Notes under the pieces: generated by a model | Told to the model about the DNA's origin: nothing | The model's database searches: none | The model's input: only the letters and a program-made list of their open reading frames with translations | Translations under genes and position numbers: made by a program | Origin: an uncultured Verrucomicrobiota bacterium | GTDB lineage: Bacteria; Verrucomicrobiota; Kiritimatiellia; CAIKKV01; CAITUY01 | Reading direction: 5' to 3' | DNA: 36,835 nucleotides | Assembly: GCA_964406065.1 (NCBI GenBank) | Contig: CAYOQM010000002.1 | Span: 10,318-47,152, forward strand | Shown here: piece after piece, positions 28,455-36,835 of the stretch | Layout: the number at the start of each line of letters is the position of its first letter | Numbering within the stretch: position 1 is the stretch's first letter

Positions 28455-29288
28455 ATGATCATAGAACCGCACATCCATATGTATTCGCGCACCACTGACG
28501 ACTACGTCGCCATGTACAGGGCGGGGATCCGGGTTTGCGTGGAACCGTCATTCTGGATGGGTTGCAACCGACGTTATGCGGGCACATTTTTTGATTACTT
28601 TAACCTGATCCTCGAGTTCGAGACGGTGCGTGCGCGACGTTTCGGTATTGACCACTATTGCGCCATCGCTCTTAATCCCAAAGAAGCGGAGGATGCCGTG
28701 CTAGCGGCTGAAGTAATGGACGGCCTCGATGCCTATCTGGATCATTCTCGATGCGTTGCCATGGGCGAGATCGGGCTCAACAACATATCCAGAAACGAGG
28801 AGGCTGCGTTTATCCGCCAACTCCACTTGGCGCATAATCGAGCCATGCCCGTGATTGTTCACCTCCCCCATGTTGACAAGCGTCGTGGCGCCCTCCGGAT
28901 TCTCGATCTGGTCAAAGCCGAAGGAATCAATCCCGATCTTGTTGTCATTGACCACAATACAGAAGAAACTATCCGCATGTCACGTGAGAGCGGGTGCTAC
29001 AGCGGAATGACAGTCTATCCCATATCAAAATTGGATCCCGCCAGGGTTTCGGCCATTATCCGGGAGTACGGAAGCGAGCGAATGATCATCAATGGTTCAG
29101 CCGACTGGGGAGTTTCCGACCCCCTTAGCCTCGTCAAGGTTGTCGCTCAGTTTCAGGCCGATGGCATACCTTCTTCAGACATCGAACGGATTGCGCTACA
29201 TAACGCCATGGATTTCTACAGTCAATCTCCTCACTGGAACCCTGACTTTGAAATGCAACCGATTGACCCCCGCGAATTTCAGCGGTAG
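28455..29288 (+). CDS. TatD-related metal-dependent hydrolase (TIM-barrel amidohydrolase superfamily, COG1099-like)
   Basis: 277 aa. N-terminal metal-binding IEPHIHMYSRTTDDY, MGEIGLN, VIVHLPH and VIDHNTEE motifs. Confidence 0.72.
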   Translation: MIIEPHIHMYSRTTDDYVAMYRAGIRVCVEPSFWMGCNRRYAGTFFDYFNLILEFETVRARRFGIDHYCAIALNPKEAEDAVLAAEVMDGLDAYLDHSRCVAMGEIGLNNISRNEEAAFIRQLHLAHNRAMPVIVHLPHVDKRRGALRILDLVKAEGINPDLVVIDHNTEETIRMSRESGCYSGMTVYPISKLDPARVSAIIREYGSERMIINGSADWGVSDPLSLVKVVAQFQADGIPSSDIERIALHNAMDFYSQSPHWNPDFEMQPIDPREFQR

Positions 29289-29387
29289 CCTCCCCCAATG
29301 GCCGTTGTTTCTTCAGAAATTAGCTTGCGCCTCTTGCAGATAAGACCGCTCTCATGTTAAGTTGCTCGCTTTACCGGAGGATTAATC

Positions 29388-29873
29388 ATGTTGAGAATAA
29401 AACGGTTATATGTTTTGGGTATTGCGGGGTTGGCTGCTGCCACGGCGCTGGCCGCATCAACTGCTATTATGAGCGTTCAAGTGCGCAAGGCGGATATCCG
29501 CGAGACCCCTTCATTTCTCGGGAAGATAGTATCCTCAGTAGCTTACGGAGCCAAGGTAACGGTACAATCCGAAAATGGCGCATGGATGCAGGTTTCAAGC
29601 GGAGGACTGTCTGGCTGGGTTCATAACTCAGCATTATCAAAGAAGAATATTGTCATGAAGTCTGGTGAAGGTGCTCAGACGTCAGCTTCAAGCGGCGAGA
29701 TGGCACTGGCAGGCAAAGGATTCAATTCCGATGTCGAAGCGCAATTCAAGGCAAACCACAAGGATATCGACTTCACTTGGGTGGACAGGATGGAGAAGAT
29801 CAGGATCCCCGCCTCCCAAATCAGGGAGTTCACCAAGGATGGTCAATTGAGTCTGCAGGGAGGTGCGAAATGA
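29388..29873 (+). CDS. secreted bacterial SH3-domain protein
   Basis: Signal peptide MLRIKRLYVLGIAGLAAATALA. SH3b-like segment VQVRKADIRETPSFLGKIVSSVAYGAKVTVQSENGAWMQVSSGGLSGWVHNSAL. GGAGG Shine-Dalgarno upstream. Confidence 0.7.
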   Translation: MLRIKRLYVLGIAGLAAATALAASTAIMSVQVRKADIRETPSFLGKIVSSVAYGAKVTVQSENGAWMQVSSGGLSGWVHNSALSKKNIVMKSGEGAQTSASSGEMALAGKGFNSDVEAQFKANHKDIDFTWVDRMEKIRIPASQIREFTKDGQLSLQGGAK

Positions 29874-30775
29874 GGCGCCTCTTCATTCTCCCCCTCGCCC
29901 TGAGCATCGTATTGTCCGGCTGCGAAACGCTGAACAAGGTGACCGAAATGGGCACCAGTCTCGGTGTCGCCGCCGGAGCGATCAATGAAGACCAGGCCCA
30001 GTCGATCAACAAGAGCGTCGGCGCCGTCGGCAAGGTCTTTGAATCCATCACGCCTGAACAGGAGTATTACATTGGTCGCACCGTGGCGGCCACGATCCTG
30101 ACGCAGAACAGACCCTTCGACCAGAAAGCCATGACCACCTACCTGAATACGCTCGGACAGTATCTGGCGTTGTGTTCTGATCGTCCGGAGACGTTCAGCG
30201 GATACCATTTCCTAATCATGGACACATACGACATCAATGCTTTTGCGGCGCCAGGAGGCTTCATCCTGGTGTCGCGCGGCATGCTACGCTGCTGCAAATC
30301 GGAAGATGCGCTGGCCGGGGTTCTCGCGCATGAGATAGGCCATGTGGAACTCAACCACGGACTGCAGGCAATCGATAAGAGCCGTCTCACAGCCGCAGCG
30401 ACGATCCTGGGCACTGAGGCCGCCAAGAATCTTGGGGGCAAGGATCTCGCCGACCTGACAAAGACCTTTGAGAACTCCATCACCGATATTACCTCCACCG
30501 TAATGAACAGCGGTTATGCCCGGAAATTCGAATTCCAGGCCGACAAGGCCGCAGTCACCATCCTCGAGCGATCCGGCTATTCCCCCAGTGGCCTGGAGTC
30601 CATGCTGAAGCAGATGGAGAAGAACCTCAAACCCGGTGGGCATGACTTTGCCAAGACCCACCCCGCCCCTCAGGACCGGATCTCCGAACTGGGCAGGATC
30701 ATCAAACCATCCGATTCGCAGGCCTATTCATCGGCCCGTCAAGCCCGGTTCGCCGCGGCCATGCAGGGGATATAA
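29870..30775 (+). CDS. M48 family zinc metalloprotease, lipoprotein
   Basis: The track ORF (29777-) is over-extended. ATG 29870 overlaps the SH3 gene's TGA (ATGA) and gives MRRLFILPLALSIVLSGC (lipobox LSGC). HEXXH in LAHEIGHVELNHG, a downstream FEFQADKAAV, and KTHPAPQDRI. Confidence 0.85.
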   Translation: MRRLFILPLALSIVLSGCETLNKVTEMGTSLGVAAGAINEDQAQSINKSVGAVGKVFESITPEQEYYIGRTVAATILTQNRPFDQKAMTTYLNTLGQYLALCSDRPETFSGYHFLIMDTYDINAFAAPGGFILVSRGMLRCCKSEDALAGVLAHEIGHVELNHGLQAIDKSRLTAAATILGTEAAKNLGGKDLADLTKTFENSITDITSTVMNSGYARKFEFQADKAAVTILERSGYSPSGLESMLKQMEKNLKPGGHDFAKTHPAPQDRISELGRIIKPSDSQAYSSARQARFAAAMQGI

Positions 30776-30776
30776 C

Positions 30777-32927
30777 ATGCAGGATGAAGGCCGCGAGTCG
30801 ACCGAGATGGCGCGCCAGCGCCTATTGCAGGCACTGGCTGTCGGTCTGCTTTCGGTACTGTTCGCGGCCCTCCTCTGCCAGGTCCGGATCCTTGACCGGT
30901 GGGAAAACAGGATGTGGGATATTGAAGTCGGACTGCTTGCAAAACCGGCGCCAACCACCGACCAGATCCGGTTGATCTTTCTCGACCAGGACAGTCTGGA
31001 CTGGGGCAAGAAACAGGGGTGGGAATGGCCCTGGCCTCGCGAGGTGTATGCTCCGGTGCTGGACTTTTGCCGGCGAGGCGGGGCCAAGGTCGTCGCCTTT
31101 GATGTCATCTTCAGTGAACCTTCGGAACGGATTGATCAGGATGCCGCCTTGGGGGATGCCATTCGCCATACCCCGTCGTTTGTCGGCACAGTATTCGTCG
31201 GCAACCAGACGGGCAGCGCCACCCGCTGGCCTGTAGAAATCCCCTCCCCCGGCATCAGGTTATCCGTCGCTGCCACAGCCCGCACGACCGCTCCTTTCGT
31301 CATGCTAAGAGCCCAGTTCCCGATTCCCGAGGTCGCCACCAATGCCACCCTGCTCGGCACCATCTTCGGCAACCCCGACACTGACGGCATCTACCGTCGG
31401 TTGCGCCCCTTCAGCCTATTCGACGGCCGAGTGGTTCCCTCCCTTGGACTCGGAGCCTTCTTGGCTACCTCCACCAACCGCTCTCTCACGCTCCATGGGG
31501 CGGGGTTCGAAATCGAACCCCGTCACAACCGCTTATATCTTGACCGGGACGGACAAGCCATCCTGCGCTACCGGGGTGCTTCCCAAACTCATAAGACAGT
31601 CAATATTTCCGGCGTGATCGATTCGGAACTGATGATGCGCGAAGGCAAAGTGCCATCCATTGATCCGGCGGTCTTCAAGGACACTTACGTGTTCCTTGGG
31701 TTCACGGCGCCGGGGCTCAAGGACCTGCGTCCTTCTCCCATGGATTCCATCTACCCCGGGGTTGAAATCCACGCGACCTTCCTGGACAACCTTCTGGAGG
31801 GAATTTTCATGCGCGACACCCCGGCATGGGGCGCGCTTTTCGCGGCCCTGCTGCTTTCGCTGGGCGCGGCGCTTGCCATCCGTTTCGGGAGACACGCCTG
31901 GCAAAATGTCCTGGTGTTCATTCTTGTGATGCCGCTCCCCGCCGCCCTTGGACTTGCCGCGTATGCCATGGGTTACTGGCTCCCCGTCGTCTACCTTTTC
32001 ACGGCGGTGGCGCTCGCCATGACCGGGACCCTTGTCCTCAACTATGCCATGGAAGGGCGGCAGAAACGGTTTATCAAGGGCGCGTTTAAGCAATACCTGA
32101 GCCCGGTCGTGATCGAGGAACTGGTCCAGAACCCCAAACGGCTCAAACTGGGCGGCGAATTGCGCGACTTGTCGATTTTCTTCTCCGATGTGCAGGGTTT
32201 CACCGGCATTTCAGAGCGATTGAGTCCAGTGGAACTGACCGCCTTGCTGAACGACTACCTGACCGCCATGACCGATATCATCTACGCCCACGGAGGCACT
32301 GTTGACAAGTATGAGGGTGACGCCATCATCGCCTTCTGGAACGCCCCGTTGGCACAGAAGGATCATGCCGCCCTCGCTGTACACACGGCCCTTGAGTGTC
32401 AGTCCCGACTTGAAGAACTTAATCCCGAGTTTCAACATCAGATCGGGGCCGAATTGCACCAGCGCATCGGAATCAACAGCGGTCCTGTCGTGGTGGGAAA
32501 CATGGGTTCACGTCAACGGTTCAATTACACATTTCTGGGGGATGCCGGCAATCTGGCCGCGCGCCTGGAAGGGATTAATAAACAGTTTGGAACATCCCTC
32601 CTGATTTCTGGAAACACTCGCAAACAACTGGATCCGGGGATTGCTATCCGTGAAATCGCACGAGTGCAGGTAGTCGGACGCAGGGAGGCGGTCACCGTTT
32701 ACGAGCCACAGTTCTCTTCCACCGCCGATACCAATCGCGAGACATGGGAACGCTTTGCAGAGGGATTGGCGGCTTATTATGAGGGAGACCTCGACAAGGC
32801 ACTTGACGTGTTCAGCACCATTGAAAACAGGGATCCCCCTGCCTCAGCCTATGTCCGGCGATGCCGTCACATGCAGGCTAATCCACCTGATGAATGGACC
32901 GGTATCTGGACCATGACGGAGAAATAA
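30777..32927 (+). CDS. CHASE2 sensor domain-containing class III adenylate/guanylate cyclase
   Basis: N-terminal TM, a periplasmic region of about 330 aa, three TM segments, then a cyclase domain: LSIFFSDVQGFTGISERL, VDKYEGDAIIAFWNAP, IGINSGPVVVGNMGS and YTFLGDAGNLAARLEG. The start is ATG 30777 (1 nt after the M48 stop) or ATG 30807. Confidence 0.9.
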   Translation: MQDEGRESTEMARQRLLQALAVGLLSVLFAALLCQVRILDRWENRMWDIEVGLLAKPAPTTDQIRLIFLDQDSLDWGKKQGWEWPWPREVYAPVLDFCRRGGAKVVAFDVIFSEPSERIDQDAALGDAIRHTPSFVGTVFVGNQTGSATRWPVEIPSPGIRLSVAATARTTAPFVMLRAQFPIPEVATNATLLGTIFGNPDTDGIYRRLRPFSLFDGRVVPSLGLGAFLATSTNRSLTLHGAGFEIEPRHNRLYLDRDGQAILRYRGASQTHKTVNISGVIDSELMMREGKVPSIDPAVFKDTYVFLGFTAPGLKDLRPSPMDSIYPGVEIHATFLDNLLEGIFMRDTPAWGALFAALLLSLGAALAIRFGRHAWQNVLVFILVMPLPAALGLAAYAMGYWLPVVYLFTAVALAMTGTLVLNYAMEGRQKRFIKGAFKQYLSPVVIEELVQNPKRLKLGGELRDLSIFFSDVQGFTGISERLSPVELTALLNDYLTAMTDIIYAHGGTVDKYEGDAIIAFWNAPLAQKDHAALAVHTALECQSRLEELNPEFQHQIGAELHQRIGINSGPVVVGNMGSRQRFNYTFLGDAGNLAARLEGINKQFGTSLLISGNTRKQLDPGIAIREIARVQVVGRREAVTVYEPQFSSTADTNRETWERFAEGLAAYYEGDLDKALDVFSTIENRDPPASAYVRRCRHMQANPPDEWTGIWTMTEK

Positions 32928-33347
32928 ATGAAAAAAAGAATGATCAAGCATCTCACATTGCTGGGCCACAGCACCACTCGTTACCCGGACAGCCCCGACA
33001 AGGCCAGACTGGAATCCTTCCCGAATGCCTATTCCTGCCGGGACTATGTTGTCCGGTTTGACTGCCCTGAATTCACCAGTCGTTGTCCAATTACGGATCA
33101 ACCTGATTTCGGAGAGATCATGATCGAGTATGTGCCCGACCAGTTGTGTCTGGAAAGCAAAGCCTTGAAGCTTTATCTGTTTTCCTTTCGAAATCACAAT
33201 ACTTTTCATGAAGAAGCAGTCAATCGCATACTTGACGACATCATTAAGGCAATCAAGCCCAGGAGAGCGAAAGTCACAGGTAACTTCAACCCGCGAGGAG
33301 GAATCTCCATCCGAGCCGAGGTCGAGTGGCGCGCGCCGGGCAATTAA
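32928..33347 (+). CDS. queF: NADPH-dependent 7-cyano-7-deazaguanine (preQ0) reductase, unimodular type
   Basis: 139 aa. Catalytic-Cys segment EFTSRCPITDQPDF and QueF motif ESKALKLYLFSFRNH. The ATG directly abuts the cyclase TAA (TAAATG). Confidence 0.92.
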   Translation: MKKRMIKHLTLLGHSTTRYPDSPDKARLESFPNAYSCRDYVVRFDCPEFTSRCPITDQPDFGEIMIEYVPDQLCLESKALKLYLFSFRNHNTFHEEAVNRILDDIIKAIKPRRAKVTGNFNPRGGISIRAEVEWRAPGN

Positions 33348-33543
33348 TTGCACACCCGATGATCAGTGATGCTGACGACAAGCCTGTTGCAAACGCAAGC
33401 AGGAAAGCTGGAATATCCATACAATAAATCAGGGTAGAGTAGCGTTTAGTATCTGTGCCTGAGTTAGTCTGAGGCAGGCGCCTCGACGGGCCACCCGGCT
33501 CTGATGCCGGTCAAGTTAGGTCAACAAGTCCGAAAGGTATATA

Positions 33544-33951
33544 ATGAAGAAGTTGTTATGGATCGGTATCGGTATTGTCGGTTTGTCAGTTGCCAGCGTC
33601 CAGGCAGAGGAAGCCGCCGCACCAGTGGCCCCACAGGCACCCAAGGTCGAGAAAAAAGCGAATGTCAGGCCTGAGCTGAAAGACCTCACCGTGGTTGGAA
33701 CGATCACGAAGACTGAAAAACAGAGCAAGAACGGGAAGACCATCGCGCGATACACCATTACCGGCGAAAACGGAACGACCTACAATCTTCGCGTACCTGC
33801 AAAGAAAGAGGTTCCAGGCGCTAATCTTCCGGAATTCGCAGGAAGCAAAGTGAAAGTTGTCGGCAAGGGACAAGAAGGAAAGCATAACATTATCGCGGTC
33901 ATCATTAGCATCGAGAAGATTGATATAACGGCACCTGCCGCTGCCAAATAA
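33544..33951 (+). CDS. hypothetical small secreted protein
   Basis: 135 aa. Signal peptide MKKLLWIGIGIVGLSVASVQA, an Ala/Pro linker and a Lys-rich beta-type body. AAAGG lies upstream. A strong terminator follows. No family recognised. Confidence 0.55.
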   Translation: MKKLLWIGIGIVGLSVASVQAEEAAAPVAPQAPKVEKKANVRPELKDLTVVGTITKTEKQSKNGKTIARYTITGENGTTYNLRVPAKKEVPGANLPEFAGSKVKVVGKGQEGKHNIIAVIISIEKIDITAPAAAK

Positions 33952-33964
33952 AGGCATTGATCCT

Positions 33965-34005
33965 GAAATCGGCGACCAGTTTTCTGGCCGCCGATTTCTT
34001 TTCTC
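33965..34005 (+). terminator. Rho-independent terminator
   Basis: GAAATCGGCG (33965-33974) pairs with CGCCGATTTC (33989-33998). An inner CCAG/CTGG extension and a TTTT loop lie between them, and TTTTCTC follows. Confidence 0.7.
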
Positions 34006-34074
34006 ATTGCCGGATTTGGCTTATGCGGGTATATAGATGCCGCATTATGTATCGATTCAGAAAAGGAGATTTCC

Positions 34075-34659
34075 ATGATAGGGTTGATTATAGTGGCTGT
34101 TCTTGTTGTTATTCTTTTCATTGTTATTGGCATATACAACAAACTTGTGACATTTCGGAACCGGTTCAAGAATGCTTTTGCCCAGATTGATGTACAATTG
34201 AAGCGCCGGTATGACTTGATCCCCAATCTTGTGGAGATCGCCAAGGGGTACATCAAGCATGAACGTGAGACATTGGAAGCGGTCATTTCAGCCAGAAACC
34301 AGGCCTATTCCGCCAGTCAGAAAGCGGCGGCCAACCCTGCCGATTCAATTGCAATGCAAGGCCTTATGAAGGCAGAAGGACAAATGGCCGGCGTGCTGGG
34401 ACGGCTCATGATGGTGGCTGAAGCCTACCCCGATTTGAAAGCCAATCAGAATATGATGCAGTTGACCGAGGAGTTGACTTCAACTGAGAACAAGATTTCC
34501 TTTTCCCGGCAAGCCTACAATGATTCGGTCATGCAATACAACACGGCTTGCGAGACTTTTCCGAATGTAATAATCGCCAACACTTTTAATTTTACCACCG
34601 CCCAGTTATTCGAAATTGAAGCGCCTGCCGAACGTCAAGCCCCCAAAGTCCAGTTCTAA
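34075..34659 (+). CDS. lemA: LemA family membrane protein
   Basis: 194 aa. N-terminal TM then YNKLVTFRNRFKNAFAQIDVQLKRRYDLIPNLVEIAKGY and AYPDLKANQNMMQL, the classic LemA signature. GGAG lies upstream. Confidence 0.9.
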   Translation: MIGLIIVAVLVVILFIVIGIYNKLVTFRNRFKNAFAQIDVQLKRRYDLIPNLVEIAKGYIKHERETLEAVISARNQAYSASQKAAANPADSIAMQGLMKAEGQMAGVLGRLMMVAEAYPDLKANQNMMQLTEELTSTENKISFSRQAYNDSVMQYNTACETFPNVIIANTFNFTTAQLFEIEAPAERQAPKVQF

Positions 34660-34675
34660 ATCGATTTGCCTGCAA

Positions 34676-36835
34676 ATGGCATTCGACCCAATATGCGGCA
34701 TGACGGTGGACGAGAGCACCTCCATCTCTGCCGAAAAAGGGGGCGAAACATTTTTTTTCTGCTGCGACGACTGCCGACAACAATTCCTTGGCAATGTTCC
34801 CCGCCCTCTCCCTTCTCCTGCCTCTTCCCCATTTTTCTGCCCGATGTGTCCGGGCGTTGAAAACAACAAACCGGGACTCTGTCCGCGATGTGGAATGGCG
34901 CTGGAACATTCCTCCCCTGACAGCGGGGATTCATCTGAACTGACCGATATGACACGGAGATTATCCGTGGCCCTGGTGTTTGGGGTTCCAGTGATAATTC
35001 TGTCCATGCTTCCCATGGCATTCCCCGATCTACTGCACATCATCCCACTCCACATTTCTCAAGCCCTCCAAGTGAGTTTTGCCACCCCTGTGGTTATTTG
35101 GTGTGGTTGGCCATTAATTCATCGAGCATGGCAATCCATCCTTTTACGCCGGTTTAATATGTTTACGCTCATTGGTCTCGGAGTCGGCACCGCCTATGGA
35201 GTCAGTCTGCTGGCAATAGTTGCTCCGTCGCTGTTTCCTGATTCATTCCGCCTTCACGGAGAAATCCATGTATATTTCGAGGCAGCCTCCACCATTGTGC
35301 TACTTGTCCTTTTGGGCCAGGTAATGGAATTACGGGCACGCCGCAAAACCGGGGACTCCATCCGCCAACTACTCAAAATGTCTCCCACAACGGCCGTTGT
35401 GCTTCGCAGTGGTGGTGAAACTGAGATTCCGATGGAACATATCCATGTCGGCGACGTCATTCGAGTGCGCCCCGGAGCAAAAGTGCCGGTGGACGGGGAG
35501 ATCATGGAAGGACTTGGCCTCCTAGATCGCTCCCTGCTGACTGGTGAATCCGAACCAGTGGAGGGGATGCCAGGATCCGAGGTGGTTGCTGGAACATTGA
35601 ATCTTTCCGGTTCGTTTCTGATGAGGGCACGCAAAATCGGAGCAGACTCCCTTTTTTCGAAAATTGTCACGATGATTGCAGAAGCACAGCGCAGTCGCGC
35701 GCCCATACAACATCTGGCTGACAGGGTTTCAGCGGTCTTCGTGCCGGCGGTCATAGGTATTTCCCTGATTACTTTCGCAAGTTGGGTTTGTATGGGCGCC
35801 GAATTGCGTTTAGCCCACGCTTTCACCAGCGCCATTTCGATTCTGATCATTGCCTGTCCCTGTGCGCTTGGACTCGCCACACCCATGGCGGTCATGGTGG
35901 GGGTCGGACGGGGCGCACGGAACGGAATCCTTATTCGTGATGCGGCAGCCCTTGAAACATTATGTCATGTCGATACCATTGTTGTTGATAAGACAGGCAC
36001 TCTGACCTATGGCAAACCGGTAGTGGTCAAGGTTTCAACCTGTCATCGTTATCTGTCGGACGACGATCTGCTTTGCTTGGCGGCATCAGTCGAACAGCCC
36101 AGCGAACACCCTCTTGGTCGATCGATAGTTGACGAGGCCCGGAGACGAGGATTATCCATAATGCCTGTAGAGGACTTCGAGTCACACATCGGAGTCGGGG
36201 TAGCAGGCCTGGTCGCCGGGAAAAAGGTCACCGCCGGAAAAAGACGGGACAGCCAGCTTCCCGTCCAAGACACCCCCGGTAATTTCGAAACAGGAACACA
36301 CATTTACGTAACCCTGGACGGCGTGGAGGCCGGGTCAATAACGCTTGAAGATCAACTGCGCGAGAATGCCCGTGAGGCCGTTGAGTCCCTGCGCAACATG
36401 GGACTTAAACTGGTGATGATCACAGGCGACAATAGAGCGGCAGCCGAACAGGTCTGCAGGAAACTAGATATCAGCGACGTGTATGCCGCCGTTTCCCCTG
36501 CCGGCAAACGGGATATCATACAGGCTATGAAGACGGAAGGGCATTGCGTCGCCATGGCGGGTGACGGAATCAACGACGCCCCTTCCCTGGCGCTGGCCGA
36601 TGTAGGCATTGCCATGGGGACGGGGACTGATGTCGCTATGGAAACAGCTGGAATAATCCTGCTTAAGGGCGACTTGCAAGGCATTGCCAAAGCCATCCGT
36701 TTAAGCCGGCTTGTCATGAGGAATATCCGAGAGAATCTGTTCTGGGCCTTTATATACAACATTGCAGGCATCGGCATCGCTTCAGGACTGTTCGCCGCAC
36801 TTGGCGGCTTTGCGATGAATCCCATGCTGTCAGCC
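34676..36835 (+). CDS. copA: copper-translocating P1B-type ATPase (5' 720 codons; continues past window end)
   Basis: Missing from the ORF track because it has no stop in the window. My translation from ATG 34676 is open for exactly 720 codons. It shows a YHS/TRASH-like MAFDPICGMTVDE...FFFCCDDCRQQF, a second metal site FFCPMCPGVENNKPGLCPRCGMALE, the transmembrane CPC in IIACPCALGLATP, the phosphorylation site DKTGTLT, and the hinge MAGDGINDAPSLA. Confidence 0.92.
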   Translation, partial: MAFDPICGMTVDESTSISAEKGGETFFFCCDDCRQQFLGNVPRPLPSPASSPFFCPMCPGVENNKPGLCPRCGMALEHSSPDSGDSSELTDMTRRLSVALVFGVPVIILSMLPMAFPDLLHIIPLHISQALQVSFATPVVIWCGWPLIHRAWQSILLRRFNMFTLIGLGVGTAYGVSLLAIVAPSLFPDSFRLHGEIHVYFEAASTIVLLVLLGQVMELRARRKTGDSIRQLLKMSPTTAVVLRSGGETEIPMEHIHVGDVIRVRPGAKVPVDGEIMEGLGLLDRSLLTGESEPVEGMPGSEVVAGTLNLSGSFLMRARKIGADSLFSKIVTMIAEAQRSRAPIQHLADRVSAVFVPAVIGISLITFASWVCMGAELRLAHAFTSAISILIIACPCALGLATPMAVMVGVGRGARNGILIRDAAALETLCHVDTIVVDKTGTLTYGKPVVVKVSTCHRYLSDDDLLCLAASVEQPSEHPLGRSIVDEARRRGLSIMPVEDFESHIGVGVAGLVAGKKVTAGKRRDSQLPVQDTPGNFETGTHIYVTLDGVEAGSITLEDQLRENAREAVESLRNMGLKLVMITGDNRAAAEQVCRKLDISDVYAAVSPAGKRDIIQAMKTEGHCVAMAGDGINDAPSLALADVGIAMGTGTDVAMETAGIILLKGDLQGIAKAIRLSRLVMRNIRENLFWAFIYNIAGIGIASGLFAALGGFAMNPMLSA

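Noticed and set aside
31501-31522. The 10+10 nt palindrome CGGGGTTCGA-AA-TCGAACCCCG, which resembles a tRNA T-arm (GGTTCGAAT).
   Set aside because: It lies inside the cyclase CDS (coding GAGFEIEPRH) in the periplasmic CHASE2 region. There is no acceptor or anticodon arm context, and the surrounding frame is intact.
33348-33543. The 196-nt non-coding gap after queF, containing small hairpins (GCCTGAG..CTGAGGC, CCGGC-TCTGAT-GCCGG), considered as a possible sRNA or riboswitch.
   Set aside because: The hairpins are short or imperfect with no T-tract, and I recognise no conserved riboswitch core (for example preQ1). It is most simply the promoter and 5' UTR of the downstream secreted-protein gene. 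It cannot be evaluated further without covariation data.
33780-34286. A 168-aa minus-strand ORF spanning the 3' end of the secreted-protein gene, the terminator and the lemA start.
   Set aside because: It crosses a strong Rho-independent terminator and overlaps the well-supported LemA N-terminus on the other strand. It has no motifs.

Overview
This window is an almost fully coding core-chromosome segment of a diderm bacterium, roughly 50-55% GC by eye. A Hanks kinase, a GYF-like giant coiled-coil protein, a short TruB and a missing rimP are reminiscent of PVC-type lineages, but taxonomy cannot be established from this window alone.

Gene content, in order:
- A minus-strand operon: pyrG, carB, a Ser/Thr kinase, a GGQ (ArfB-like) protein and a DUF360 membrane protein.
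- A cupin and a CaCA antiporter, then queA, cobS and ychF.
- The classic nusA-infB-rbfA-truB-ribF-rpsO-pnp cluster.
- A minus-strand operon: a GNAT, dnaE, an 858-aa coiled-coil protein and a membrane coiled-coil protein.
- An orphan YejB-like ABC permease and a TatD-like hydrolase.
- A cluster of an SH3b protein, an M48 lipoprotein protease, a CHASE2 class III nucleotide cyclase and queF.
- A small secreted protein, lemA, and the first 720 codons of a copper P-type ATPase. This ATPase is absent from the ORF track because it runs off the window edge.

I saw no rRNA, tRNA, CRISPR array, transposase, integrase or recognisable defence gene.

Most notable observations:
1. dnaE is broken by a single-base frame offset at an A4 run next to the KMDFLGL motif.
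2. The ABC permease carries one in-frame TGA at a position that is normally Arg.
3. The GGQ gene has an A9 tract in its tail, and its +1 frame runs open into the downstream DUF360 gene.
4. The nusA leader has a terminator-like hairpin flanked by 11-nt direct repeats.

I did not find a convincing self-contained novel system such as a defence island. The best candidates for undescribed biology are the dnaE-linked coiled-coil gene pair, the translationally coupled SH3-M48-CHASE2 cyclase module, and the kinase/GGQ/DUF360 tail of the pyrimidine operon.
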